Notes: a model not told the origin generated them from the letters alone. Numbered from the stretch's first letter, positions 8,550-18,166 are shown. The stretch is DNA of 44,492 nucleotides from Dehalococcoidia bacterium (GCA_030605575.1 JAUWIC010000069.1:1-44492); one strand, 5' to 3'. A program made the numbers and translations.

Positions 8550-9320
8550 ATGAAAGAGATAAAAATTATACCCTGTCTGGATGTCAAGGATGGTAGAGTG
8601 GTCAAAGGGGTAAAATTTGTCAACCTGAGGGATGCCCGGGACCCGGTTGAAGCTGCCGTTGCTTATTGCGGTGAAGGTGCTGATGAGCTTGTTTTCCTGG
8701 ATATCTTCGCCACTGTAGAAAACAGGAAGACCAGACTGGAATGGGTCAAGAAGGTCGGCGAGGTGGTTACTGTTCCTTTTGCTGTCGGCGGTGGTATCGG
8801 TAGCCTTGAGGATATGAAGGCATTACTTGACCTTGGCGTGGACAAAGTCTCTATAAATACCGCCGCCGTCAGGGAGCCTGAGCTTATAAAGAGGGCGGCT
8901 GAGAAATTTGGTAAGGGTAGGCTGGTGGTAGCTATTGACGGCAGGAAGAATCCACCAGGCAGTGGTCTTCCCCGGCTGGAGGTAGTGGTTAAGAGCGGCA
9001 GTGAGGCTACCGGCATAGAGATTGTTGACTGGGCGAAGAGGGTAGAGGAACTGGGGGCGGGTGAGATTTTGCTCACCAGTCAGGATGCCGATGGCACCAA
9101 GGAAGGCTATGACTTGGAGATGACCAGAGCCGTAGCCGAAGCCGTCGGCATTCCGGTTACCGCTTCCGGGGGTGCCGGCAGGCTGGAGCATCTCTATGAG
9201 GCGGTGGTAATCGGCAAAGCGTCGGCGGTTTTGGCAGCTTCAATATTCCATTTTGGTGAAATCTCAATTTCACAGGCTAAGCAATACCTGAAACAAAGAG
9301 GCATATCAGTAAGAATATAA
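8550..9320 (+). CDS. hisF: imidazole glycerol phosphate synthase cyclase subunit
   Basis: IIPCLDVKDGRVVKGV, GADELVFLDI, DKVSINTAAV, GAGEILLTS.D.DGTKEGYD, ASGGAG, LAASIFH. Confidence 0.95.
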   Translation: MKEIKIIPCLDVKDGRVVKGVKFVNLRDARDPVEAAVAYCGEGADELVFLDIFATVENRKTRLEWVKKVGEVVTVPFAVGGGIGSLEDMKALLDLGVDKVSINTAAVREPELIKRAAEKFGKGRLVVAIDGRKNPPGSGLPRLEVVVKSGSEATGIEIVDWAKRVEELGAGEILLTSQDADGTKEGYDLEMTRAVAEAVGIPVTASGGAGRLEHLYEAVVIGKASAVLAASIFHFGEISISQAKQYLKQRGISVRI

Positions 9321-9355
9321 AAGATACAATTTACTGCCCCTTGGTGCTCGTCTGG

Positions 9356-9673
9356 CTACCACCCTGCCTCCTTAAAAATGTGGCGGGTTAGGTTGACACT
9401 CGGCGTGTCCCCCCGGGCTACATTTATCGGGACTCCGTCACCGACGGCGTTGGCTATCTCCGCCACCGCCTGGTGGGAGAAGCCAGGGCAAAGGATGAGA
9501 ACCTGGACGCCTTCATTTTGAACCAGCTTCCGGCAGACATCAACGACCTGGTCAAAATTTCCCAGGTCAGCTACGACTGAGATAAGTTCAAGCTTGGGGG
9601 TTTTGATGGTAGCTCTATGCCGCTTGGCGTCAGCCTCAGGCGCCATGGCGACAAATGCGGCTTTGACAGCCAT
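9356..9673 (-). CDS. small conserved hypothetical protein (DUF6506-like)
   Basis: AGGAGG SD; KAAFVAMAP..D...LCPGF motif resembles the DUF6506 family (from memory). Confidence 0.65.
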   Translation of the reverse strand: MAVKAAFVAMAPEADAKRHRATIKTPKLELISVVADLGNFDQVVDVCRKLVQNEGVQVLILCPGFSHQAVAEIANAVGDGVPINVARGDTPSVNLTRHIFKEAGW

Positions 9674-9742
9674 AACCTGCCTCCTTTTTATTTGTTCTTC
9701 CTATATTTATATTAGTGTCTTTCTTAACCTCAGTGAGCCGAA

Positions 9743-10144
9743 TCACACCAGTTCCCAGTCTCTATAGCCCTGCTGGATGATGGCTAGATACTCCGGCGAA
9801 GGCGGTGTTTCCTCTGATTGCCTGGCTTTGATGTAGGTTACGGCTTCTATCGGCTCATTGTTTTCGGTAAATACGGTAACATTCAACCGGTTGGAGTCGC
9901 CGGGATAACCCTCGTCGCTGTCCAGCCGTCTCAGGTCCCGGTCCGAGACTTCATAGATAGCCCCCAGCACCCTCTCCCCCCGGAACGGTCTGATGCTGAC
10001 CACCCCACCCCGCCATTGCCTCGACCAGCCGACAAATACCAGCTTATAGTGGTGGAGGGTGGCGATGGACCTGGGCTTGCTGTCGGGGCAGCGTTCCCGC
10101 ATCTGCTTTTGGTTTAGATTAGAGCCGTAGGCAAAATAGTTCAT
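9743..10144 (-). CDS. gamma-glutamylcyclotransferase (GGCT/AIG2-like) family protein
   Basis: MNYFAYGSNL, LDSDEG, PSPEYLAII. Start moved to ATG 10144, where the family motif begins. Confidence 0.88.
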   Translation of the reverse strand: MNYFAYGSNLNQKQMRERCPDSKPRSIATLHHYKLVFVGWSRQWRGGVVSIRPFRGERVLGAIYEVSDRDLRRLDSDEGYPGDSNRLNVTVFTENNEPIEAVTYIKARQSEETPPSPEYLAIIQQGYRDWELV

Positions 10145-10225
10145 CCGGTTAACCGCCAGGGTATCTTTCCACGACAAATCCTAGCCTCAATTGTGGGCTT
10201 TGTCAACCGTTTAAGTATGAGATTA

Positions 10226-10440
10226 TTGTTTATTAACCCACCCCCTTTATCCCCTCCCTTATGAAGGGAGGGGGAATTGGTTATATAAGGGAGGCGAAGC
10301 CTCCCTTTGACTCTCCATAATAGGGTACATATTCCTATCATGGGGGAAGAGATTTTAGAGAGGGGCGAAGCCCCTCTCTTACCTACACTCCCCCTTCCCT
10401 TATTAAGGGAAGGGGGACAGGGGGATAGGTTGCTAAACAA
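10226..10440. repeat. ~215-bp palindromic REPIN/MITE-like element
   Basis: Imperfect terminal inverted repeats (TTGTTTATTAACCCACCCCCTTTATCCCC / GGGGGACAGGGGGATAGGTTGCTAAACAA). Four internal hairpins at 10251-10273, 10287-10307, 10357-10379 and 10389-10417. Confidence 0.75.
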
Positions 10441-10550
10441 CTTCTAGGTATTGAGGTTGTCTACTAACCCCTCACCCTTTATACCGCTCCCCGAAACAGG
10501 CAGAATGTGGTCTGATAGCTGATTATGACTGCATCAGACGGGGTAAAGCC

Positions 10551-10591
10551 ATGAAGCCCTGTTAGCTTTGACAGGGCTTCATTTTTATTAT
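10551..10591 (+). promoter_or_regulatory. hairpin (ATGAAGCCCTGT...ACAGGGCTTCAT-TTTT) overlapping a probable tRNA promoter (TTGACA-17-TACTAT)
   Basis: 12-bp perfect stem followed by a T-run; TTGACA at 10568 and TACTAT starting at 10591. Confidence 0.55.
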
Positions 10592-10616
10592 ACTATTTTA
10601 CAAGCTTTTGTAATTG

Positions 10617-10698
10617 GGGGAAGTGTCGGAATTGGCAGACGAGCATGACTTAGGATCATGTGCCGCAAGGCGTGGGGGTTCAAATCCCCCCTTCCCCA
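10617..10698 (+). tRNA. tRNA-Leu(TAG)
   Basis: Acceptor GGGGAAG/CTTCCCC, D-loop GGAATTGGCAGAC, anticodon arm CATGA-CTTAGGA-TCATG, long variable arm, GGGGG-TTCAAAT-CCCCC; CCA not encoded. Confidence 0.97.
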
Positions 10699-10705
10699 GT
10701 AGTTA

Positions 10706-11557
10706 TTACTTCCCCGGCTTCCGGCGCTGGCGGTAGGCTTCAATGTAGCGCCGGGCATACTTATCACGACCCAGGACAAGGTCAGCCGCCCGAACCATGG
10801 GACGAACCCTGGCTGCATCCGCGATGAGACAGGTCACGCCGGCGGCAATAGCCATAGCCACGAAGGCACTGTTGACCAGGGTGCGGTCAGGCAAGCCAAA
10901 GGAGACATTGCTCGCCCCCAGCGTCAAATTCACTCCCAGCTCGGCTTTAACCCGACGAACCGTGTCAATGGTGACCAGCCCCGAGCTGGTATCGGCTCCC
11001 ACGCTGAAAGCCAGGCAGTCAATGATGATGTCGTGGCGGGGGATACCCATCGCCCGGGCGCGGTCTACAATCTTATGAGCAATGGCCAGCCGCTGCTCGG
11101 GATTATTGGGGATACCTTCATCGTCCTGGACTAAACCAATGACGGCTGTCCCGTATTCCTTGACCAGAGGTAAGACCTTCTCCAGGGAGTGCTCTTCACC
11201 GGTAACTGAGTTGATGAGCGGCTTACCCTTATATACCTTGAGGGCGGCGGCTAAAGCCTGGGGATTAGCACTATCAAGACATAGCGGCACATCTACCGTG
11301 TCCATCACTGCCTGCACCACCCGGGGGAGGAGGCTTGCCTCGTCCACGCCGAACAGGCTGACATTGATGTCAAGAATATCCGCCCTGGCTTGCACCTGAG
11401 TTCGAGCCTCCCGGCTGACAATCTCCAGATTGCCTGCCTTTAAGGCTGCGGACAGTTTTTTCTTGCCGGCGGGATTAATGCGCTCGCCGATAAGCACCGT
11501 TGGCTGGTCATCGGCAATGACCACCTCTCTGGTAGCGCTTGACACCCTGGTTTCCAT
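10706..11557 (-). CDS. pterin-binding methyltetrahydrofolate:corrinoid methyltransferase (AcsE/MtgA/MetH pterin-domain-like)
   Basis: IGERINPAG, ADILDIN, PLCLDS, LINSVTGE, GASNVSFGLP. Confidence 0.9.
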   Translation of the reverse strand: METRVSSATREVVIADDQPTVLIGERINPAGKKKLSAALKAGNLEIVSREARTQVQARADILDINVSLFGVDEASLLPRVVQAVMDTVDVPLCLDSANPQALAAALKVYKGKPLINSVTGEEHSLEKVLPLVKEYGTAVIGLVQDDEGIPNNPEQRLAIAHKIVDRARAMGIPRHDIIIDCLAFSVGADTSSGLVTIDTVRRVKAELGVNLTLGASNVSFGLPDRTLVNSAFVAMAIAAGVTCLIADAARVRPMVRAADLVLGRDKYARRYIEAYRQRRKPGK

Positions 11558-13407
11558 TAATCAATCTCCCTTCTCTTACCCTGTCTCAGTCGGTATCGTC
11601 CCAGGTAACTTGCCTGGCTAAAGGTTGACATAAAATTAGGGGCGGTGGCTAATTCAAGATAGTGTACCCGTGACGCTATGTCCTGAGCCTGGGAGCGCTT
11701 ACTACTCGAGATTAGAGCCAGCTTGGCTCCCATACCGGCGGCGTTGCCTACCTGTCGGAAACGGTCTAGAGGCAGTGATGGTAGCATTCCGATAGTTATG
11801 GCGCTGGACACATTGATATAACTGCCAAAAGCCCCGGCGATAATCACCTGCTCAATTTCTTCTTCGGAGCCGCCATTTGTTTCCAGCAGTACCTGGATAC
11901 CGGTGCGGATGGCTGCCTTAGCCAGTTGCAGTTCTCTTATGTCCTGCTGGGTGATAACAATGGCTGGGTTTCCGTCTCGTTCCTCCTCGCTGACCAGGAC
12001 AAACTGGCGTTGCTTCTGGTCGGTACGGAGGTGGGGGTGGTTGTCCTTCATCCTGCCGTGGTGGTCAACGGTTCCCGCCAGATAGAGTTGAGCCATAGCA
12101 TCAAGTATGCCCGAGCCGCAAATACCAACCGGTGGCACGCCATCAATGGTCTGGTACTGGATGCCATCGGTGGCTATTCGCAACCGTTCAATGGCGCCGC
12201 TGGCAGCCCGCATACCATCCTTGATGTGACCACCTTCAAAGGCAGGTCCGGAGGCACAGGAGACGGTGGTTATTTCCCCGTTATTGACCAGGGAGACCTC
12301 GGTATTAGTCCCGATATCCAGAGCCAGTATCAGCCCTTTCGCCTGCCCGACCTCGGTGGCGAGCAACATCGCCACATGGTCGGCACCGACAAAACCGGCG
12401 ATGTTAGGCAGTATGTGCCCATACGCCCCTGAAGCCATGTGTAAGCCCAGGTCACGAGCCTTGATGTCCAGAGCCTGGCTAACCGCCGGGACAAAGGGAG
12501 AGTAAGCCAGTTGTCTTACCGGCAGACGGAGGAACAGGTGGTGCATGGCGGTATTGCCGACCACTACCGCCTCAACAATCTCCTCGGTGTCGGCACCAAC
12601 TTCGGCACACAGGTCACCAGCCAGCTCATTGAGTGCTTCCACAGCCAACTTCTGTAACTGGACACCCTCAGCCGGGGATTTGGTGACGGTGGTAATACGG
12701 CTGATGATATCCTCCCCATAGCTAATCTGGGGGTTCATAATCCCTTTAGCGGCTAAAGTCTGACCACGGCTCAGGTCAACCAGATAGCCGGCAATCTTGG
12801 TGGTGCCCAAATCTACTGCCAGCCCCAGTTGGCGACTGGGATAGGGGCTAACCGCTACCACTTCGTCATTGCGGACTGTAGCCTGACACTGCCAGTTCCA
12901 GGACCGCAGCCGGGGAGACAGAATACGCAGGACATCAATATCAACCTGGCTGCAGCCTAACTGGTATTGCTGGTTCAGGGCCTGGAGCAGGCGGTCGGCA
13001 TCAGCTTGCGGGTGGGACAGGGATGGGGTTGGTAGCTGTAAGTGGTAGGCTCGAACCGGCGGCTCGGGGTGAACCGTTATCTCCAATCCCTCCACCTGGA
13101 TGCGCTGGGGGGTGGTTACCGACTCGGCGGGCACGCTCACTTTGCCATCACTGATAGGATAGGTCTGGCACGCCAACCGCCAGCCATCCTGGAGTTCTTG
13201 AGGTGAAAAGACCTCCTGCTCACTGGAGGTTGGTTCTGAGACAGTCCCGCTTAAAACTCGCACCTTACAGCAGTGGCACGTTCCCTGGCCGCCGCATAGG
13301 CTGATAATACCCACACCGAGCCGGCGGGCACAGTCCAGGAGAGACTCATTGTCCTGGCATTGTCCTCTTCGACCTACCGGCTCAAAATCCATGTGATAAA
13401 GTTTCAT
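11557..13407 (-). CDS. ATP-dependent reductive activator of corrinoid proteins (RACo/ASKHA family with N-terminal [2Fe-2S])
   Basis: CGGQGTCHCCKV...RLACQ, AVDLGTT, VGNTAMHHLF, FVGAD, DIGTNTE, SGPAFEG, GICGSG, QLAKAAI, AGAFG, VGNAA. Confidence 0.93.
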   Translation of the reverse strand: MKLYHMDFEPVGRRGQCQDNESLLDCARRLGVGIISLCGGQGTCHCCKVRVLSGTVSEPTSSEQEVFSPQELQDGWRLACQTYPISDGKVSVPAESVTTPQRIQVEGLEITVHPEPPVRAYHLQLPTPSLSHPQADADRLLQALNQQYQLGCSQVDIDVLRILSPRLRSWNWQCQATVRNDEVVAVSPYPSRQLGLAVDLGTTKIAGYLVDLSRGQTLAAKGIMNPQISYGEDIISRITTVTKSPAEGVQLQKLAVEALNELAGDLCAEVGADTEEIVEAVVVGNTAMHHLFLRLPVRQLAYSPFVPAVSQALDIKARDLGLHMASGAYGHILPNIAGFVGADHVAMLLATEVGQAKGLILALDIGTNTEVSLVNNGEITTVSCASGPAFEGGHIKDGMRAASGAIERLRIATDGIQYQTIDGVPPVGICGSGILDAMAQLYLAGTVDHHGRMKDNHPHLRTDQKQRQFVLVSEEERDGNPAIVITQQDIRELQLAKAAIRTGIQVLLETNGGSEEEIEQVIIAGAFGSYINVSSAITIGMLPSLPLDRFRQVGNAAGMGAKLALISSSKRSQAQDIASRVHYLELATAPNFMSTFSQASYLGRYRLRQGKRREID

Positions 13408-13498
13408 TTTCCTGATTCAGGGCACCTCACCCGTTCCGGAAGTGATTATCTGGAGCAACACCATACCCCCGCCGTTTGTCCGGCACGCCAACCAGTCA

Positions 13499-15010
13499 TT
13501 AGGCGAACGGGTAGTCAGGCGATTTCAGGACCTTCTCCTGATAAACTTTCCATTCCTCATCCGATATCTGCCCCTTCTCCCGGTAATACTTTCTCGCCTC
13601 ATTCAATATTTTCTTTATGTCCTCTTCCTGGCCTGGGGTCAAAGGTATTGATACCTTATGGGTAGCCAGTATCTCCTCCATCCTTTCCTTGGCATAATCA
13701 ATACAGTCCTTTTTACCTGTCTTCATCCATTCCGGGTAGGTTAGACCGTCAGCAACTTTTGGTACGAACTGCTCCTTCTGCCACCACTCTCTGGTGTGTG
13801 CCGTATTGAGGTACTGCCCCGGAATTGGTCCTACCTGTTCTATTAAATCTAGGGCTATTGTCTCATCGCTTACGGTGACTCCCTCTATGAATCTGCCTAT
13901 CATACCGGCGACATCATCATCCAGTATGGCCTGGAGAGGGTGAGCTGTAATCTCACCATACAAACTACTGTGCATTAGTATCAGATTGGACCCGGTCAGA
14001 GCACTTACCAGAGCATTAAGCGCCTTCTCGTACCCGGTCTGGAAATCTGGTTTCTTGGAGCTGGCAGGTCCGCCAGCGGAGTCCCGCCTGGGGATTCCAT
14101 ACCTTCGAGCCATTTGATTTTCTACCGCCTTAACCAGGGCACCTCCTATCCGCCCAAAGCCGGGAGCTCCTGACCGCATATTTTGCGGATAGGTATCACT
14201 GGCAATGTGCACTCTCATCCCTGGCTTTAGTAGCTGTAGCAGTACTACCAGAGATAGGATTTCGGCAAGATTGGTGACCACCGAACCCGCGACCGTCGCC
14301 GGCCCGGTGGCACCAAGTATTGTTCCTTGCAATATATACATAGGAAATCCAGCTTCCATAGCTCGGTAAGTGGCTCTTATCTGGTCATCATACCAGGTTA
14401 AGGGCGCCGAACCGGATGCCATAAGAACCGACTCCCCTCCGGTGGCTTTTACCATTTCTATATTGAATTGATCACAGTCGCTGGCATTACCTGTCATTTG
14501 AACCTTGGTTGAATTCCTTATCTTAATCGCCACCCCCTCTGGTATACGCATTACTGGCGGCACACCCTCATACCCATAATAGGGATAGGGGCTTATAGCG
14601 TGCACATTAGGCAATGCATCCAGAACTGTTACCAGGTCATTATATTCCTGCCTGGTGGCGTCTCTTGGCTCCCAGGTATCTAAATCAACGGTCTGCATTC
14701 CAGGAAAATTCCGAAAATAAACAGTATCTCCACCAAATATCAAATCGTTCTTTGAATCCCTGGCTTTAACGCGATGACTATTGGGCGTCCGGCGTATAGC
14801 TTCCTCAACCAAATATTCGGGAAAGCGCACCCTTTTCTCTTCATAATCTACCTGACAGCCGTTCTTGTCTAGGTCGTTTAATGCCCTATCGCTGTGAAAT
14901 GTTACCCCCGTCTGCCTGAGAACATCCAGGACTGCTTTGTGAATAGCCCCGACCTGCTCTTCAGTTAGTATTTCTAGAGGCTTGAACTGGCGGGTAAATC
15001 CTTTTAGCAA
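13499..15010 (-). CDS. mttB: trimethylamine:corrinoid methyltransferase (MttB) superfamily protein, non-pyrrolysine
   Basis: VLDVLRQTGVTF, GATGPATVAGSVV..LAE.L, SSKKPDFQTGYEK, IEQVGPIPGQYLNTAHT. No in-frame TAG. Start placed at TTG 15010 after AAGGGAG (track start 15061). Confidence 0.9.
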   Translation of the reverse strand: MLKGFTRQFKPLEILTEEQVGAIHKAVLDVLRQTGVTFHSDRALNDLDKNGCQVDYEEKRVRFPEYLVEEAIRRTPNSHRVKARDSKNDLIFGGDTVYFRNFPGMQTVDLDTWEPRDATRQEYNDLVTVLDALPNVHAISPYPYYGYEGVPPVMRIPEGVAIKIRNSTKVQMTGNASDCDQFNIEMVKATGGESVLMASGSAPLTWYDDQIRATYRAMEAGFPMYILQGTILGATGPATVAGSVVTNLAEILSLVVLLQLLKPGMRVHIASDTYPQNMRSGAPGFGRIGGALVKAVENQMARRYGIPRRDSAGGPASSKKPDFQTGYEKALNALVSALTGSNLILMHSSLYGEITAHPLQAILDDDVAGMIGRFIEGVTVSDETIALDLIEQVGPIPGQYLNTAHTREWWQKEQFVPKVADGLTYPEWMKTGKKDCIDYAKERMEEILATHKVSIPLTPGQEEDIKKILNEARKYYREKGQISDEEWKVYQEKVLKSPDYPFA

Positions 15011-15069
15011 TTTTATCTCCCTTACTTCCCAACTAGCCTCTTGGCTAGCTCGGGGAAACAATTCGATAG

Positions 15070-17484
15070 TTATATTGGTACTTCTATCACCACTCTGGTG
15101 CCTTTACCTGGCTCAGATTCAATTTTCATCGTGCCATTTAGCAGGCGCACCCGCTCTTCCATTCCCGCCAGACCAAGCTTGCCGGCACGGGGTAAGTCTG
15201 CCAGACTTCCGCTCAAGTCAAACCCTTTGCCATTATCATAGATAGATACCTTTGTTTTGCCCTTGCCAAACTCTATCATCACCTCTACCCTTGAAGCTTG
15301 GGCATGCTTCTCGACATTCCTTAATGCCTCTTGAACGATACGGAAAATCATTAGTTCCACCTCTGCCGAGCAGCGTCGCTCAATACCAGACACGGTTAAT
15401 TCGGCTTCAATCCCAGAGCGTTTTTCGAGGTCGCTAACCTGCCATCGTAGTGCTGCCGACAAGCCTAAATCATCTAACATGGGTGGGCGCAATTCTTGGG
15501 TAAAACGATGTATTCCCTCCAGTGTGTTGTTCAACTGCTGGCGCAGTTCTTTTAGGAATGTAGCCTGCTCCGGGGTCAGAGCCGCATTATCGCGGGTGAA
15601 GTTATCCACCTGCCGGGAAAGGGCATAGAGAGCTTGACTGGTATCATCGTGAAGGTCACGAGCAATACGCTTGCGTTCCTCTTCCTGAACCTTGGTAATC
15701 TGGCTGAGGTAGTAGCGCAGGCTGTCCTGCATCCTCCTCTGCTCGGTTACATCACGTATGGTCTCTATGGCACCTATTATTTCTCCCTCGTTATCTTTGA
15801 TAGGACTCGCCGTAAAGTGAAGCCATCGGCCATCCTCGCCAAGGGCGGAGAAGAAGTCTTCAGCTTCGTAGGCGCCGTCAATCAGGTAAGATTTCCTGCC
15901 TTTATCCCTGTAGTGAACTTCAATTTCATCGGCGGAAGCTCCATCCACTATTAAATCAGCCATAACCGGTCTCTTCTCAGCGTAGAATGCCACCCATTGC
16001 TTGTCGGTCATAACTACTTCACCCTTTTTCATGCCCGAGAGAGATTCAAGGGCTGTGTTCCAGTGAGTGACTTCATGCTGCTTATTGATGGCGAATGTTG
16101 GGATTGGGGAACCATTAATAATTTTGGTGAGCATCTCCTCCGCTCTCTTTTTCTCGGTTATATCTCGGGCTATATGCTGAAAACCGGTAGGTTTCCCGTT
16201 CTCGGTAACTAAATTAGTCGACAGTAGCAGAATCACCTCCGTTCCATCCTTCCTTATCATGCGTTGCTCGTAGGGTTGTTCCACCGGTTCCCTTTCTAAT
16301 AGTTTCTGCCGAATTTGGCTAGTTAAATTGAGGCTTTCCTCTGCTAGAAATTTCCTCACATTCATCCTTTTCAGCTCTTCCGGGCTATATCCGACGAGTT
16401 TTCCGGCGGCCTCATTGGCGGCGGTAATATTACCTTCCAGGTCATGAACCCAGATAGCGTCGCTAGCATTTTCAAACAGCTGCCGGTAGTTTCTTTCCGA
16501 GATAGCCAGTCGTTGGGCTACTAGGCGCTCTTTCTCGTAGAGACGAGCATTTTCCATGGCGGTGGCTATTTGAGCGCCAATGGCAGTGAGCAGTTCCATA
16601 TCCTCTAAGGGAAATTGCCTGGGGCGGCGCATAGCTACGCAAACTATACCTCTAATTTGGCCTCTAAGAACCATCGGTACAATAAGCTGGATTTGGATTC
16701 GCATCTTTTTAACCTCAGGTGTACTCAGCCTGGGGTCATAAGAGGTATCATCCACTACCATAGGTTGGCACGTTTTGGCCACCTCTCCATAGACGCCCTC
16801 ACCAATCTTTATCCCATCTACAGCCCGGGCGAATTCATCAGATACACCTTCATAGGCAACAATCCTCAGTTTTTGGTTTTCCTCATCTAGGGAAAATATC
16901 AGAGTGACCTCTACTTCCATTAGCTCTGATACCATATGAGTGGCCTTGTCTAAAATCTTGTCAAGCTCCAGGGATTCGCCGAGCAGGGTAGAGATGGTAT
17001 TAAGTATGGTCTGGCGTTTCTCATTCTTCCTCGCCGACTGAACATAATGTTGAAGAATCTCGTGTGCCGACTGTAGTTTGTCTAAAGCGGCTTGGGTTTT
17101 ATCCCTTTCTTGGGCTCGCGTCCAAATCCCCCACGAAGCCAGTATACCTATGGCCAGGATGCCTCCGGTCTCCAGAAGGGCATCTCTAGGCACCGGCGAG
17201 ATAAGGATGGCTCTGGGTAGCATAATGGCTAATGCCGTAAAAGAGGTGATTAGGCTTCCCTTTAGCCTGAAGGTGAAACTGGCATAGATTATGGGTAGCA
17301 GAAAAAGAATGCGGTCCAAGGCGTGTCGGGTCAGGCCGAAGCGAAGGCTGAGTGGCGTACCGGTAATACCGGTTAGCTCGATATAGTGAAGTACACTACA
17401 AAGCACCAAAAAGACTAGGACAAGCCAGAAATTACGGTTTCGTATAAGTCCCATCGGTATAACCCTAAAATGCTGATTTCTCAT
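15070..17484 (-). CDS. membrane-anchored GAF/PAS/PAS sensor histidine kinase (HisKA_3)
   Basis: TM region homologous to 5440..7245, GAF (...IATAMENARLYE), two PAS domains, ERKRIARDLHDDT, EALRNVEKHA. Confidence 0.95.
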   Translation of the reverse strand: MRNQHFRVIPMGLIRNRNFWLVLVFLVLCSVLHYIELTGITGTPLSLRFGLTRHALDRILFLLPIIYASFTFRLKGSLITSFTALAIMLPRAILISPVPRDALLETGGILAIGILASWGIWTRAQERDKTQAALDKLQSAHEILQHYVQSARKNEKRQTILNTISTLLGESLELDKILDKATHMVSELMEVEVTLIFSLDEENQKLRIVAYEGVSDEFARAVDGIKIGEGVYGEVAKTCQPMVVDDTSYDPRLSTPEVKKMRIQIQLIVPMVLRGQIRGIVCVAMRRPRQFPLEDMELLTAIGAQIATAMENARLYEKERLVAQRLAISERNYRQLFENASDAIWVHDLEGNITAANEAAGKLVGYSPEELKRMNVRKFLAEESLNLTSQIRQKLLEREPVEQPYEQRMIRKDGTEVILLLSTNLVTENGKPTGFQHIARDITEKKRAEEMLTKIINGSPIPTFAINKQHEVTHWNTALESLSGMKKGEVVMTDKQWVAFYAEKRPVMADLIVDGASADEIEVHYRDKGRKSYLIDGAYEAEDFFSALGEDGRWLHFTASPIKDNEGEIIGAIETIRDVTEQRRMQDSLRYYLSQITKVQEEERKRIARDLHDDTSQALYALSRQVDNFTRDNAALTPEQATFLKELRQQLNNTLEGIHRFTQELRPPMLDDLGLSAALRWQVSDLEKRSGIEAELTVSGIERRCSAEVELMIFRIVQEALRNVEKHAQASRVEVMIEFGKGKTKVSIYDNGKGFDLSGSLADLPRAGKLGLAGMEERVRLLNGTMKIESEPGKGTRVVIEVPI

Positions 17485-18146
17485 GGGAGGTCTTCAATGG
17501 CAAACCAACCCCTTTTCAGGCTATACAGTATTGCCTCAGAACGGGAACCCACCCCCAGCTTATTGAAGATGCTTCTCATGTGGGCTTGGACGGTGCGCTC
17601 GCTGATAAAGAGGGTATCCCCGATATCCTTATTGCGCATACCTTTGGCGGCTATCTTGAGTACTTCCATCTCGCGTTCACTCAAGGGTGACAGGGGTCGG
17701 ACCGGTGTCGGCCCCTCGGCAGGAGTTTTGAAGCGGGTCATCAGCTTGCGTAGGACTGTAGGATGAATCATCGGCTCTCCAGCATAGACGGCTCGAACCG
17801 CGTTAATCAACTCGTCACCACTTACATTCTTCAGTAGATAACCGGCGGCGCCTGCTTCCAGCATGCTGAAAATATATTCATCATAATCATAACCGGTGAG
17901 GACAAGCACTATGGTGGCGGGTAAGATAGCCTTGATTTGCTTGGTAGCCTCAATGCCACTAAGTTTGGGCATGGCGACATCCATAATGACCACATCAGGC
18001 TTGAGTTGGCGGGCTAATCGGACCGCCTCCTCACCATCACCAGCCTCACCCACAATCTCAAAATCCTGTTCACGTTCTAGGAGTTGGCAAGTACCTTGTC
18101 GCACCACCACGTGGTCTTCAGCCAGTAGAATCCTGATAGTATTCAT
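17481..18146 (-). CDS. NarL/LuxR-family response regulator (paralog of 4737..5402)
   Basis: REC + LuxR HTH; same length (221 aa) and long shared stretches with regulator 1. Confidence 0.96.
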   Translation of the reverse strand: MNTIRILLAEDHVVVRQGTCQLLEREQDFEIVGEAGDGEEAVRLARQLKPDVVIMDVAMPKLSGIEATKQIKAILPATIVLVLTGYDYDEYIFSMLEAGAAGYLLKNVSGDELINAVRAVYAGEPMIHPTVLRKLMTRFKTPAEGPTPVRPLSPLSEREMEVLKIAAKGMRNKDIGDTLFISERTVQAHMRSIFNKLGVGSRSEAILYSLKRGWFAIEDLP

Positions 18147-18166
18147 AGTATGCCTTCTCTGCTATC

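Noticed and set aside
10141-10440. 99-aa minus-strand ORF (MFSNLSPCPPSLNKGRG...)
   Set aside because: It is the translation of the palindromic repeat element, with low-complexity P/L/G/K patterns and no protein motif
10485-10550. Possible riboswitch or ribozyme (GTCTGAT...ATCAGAC stem; CGGGGAGCG on the minus strand)
   Set aside because: Does not match ZTP-riboswitch or hammerhead cores well enough by eye; an Infernal/Rfam scan would be needed
10617-10698. tRNA-Leu as an integration site for a genomic island
   Set aside because: No integrase and no convincing repeat of the tRNA 3' end in the window; the similar C-rich run at about 41525 belongs to the repeat family
10588-10818. 76-aa minus-strand ORF containing WGRGDLNPHALRHMILSHARLP
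   Set aside because: Typical antisense translation of a tRNA-Leu gene
13499-15061. Pyrrolysine recoding in mttB
   Set aside because: The ORF is full length with no in-frame TAG
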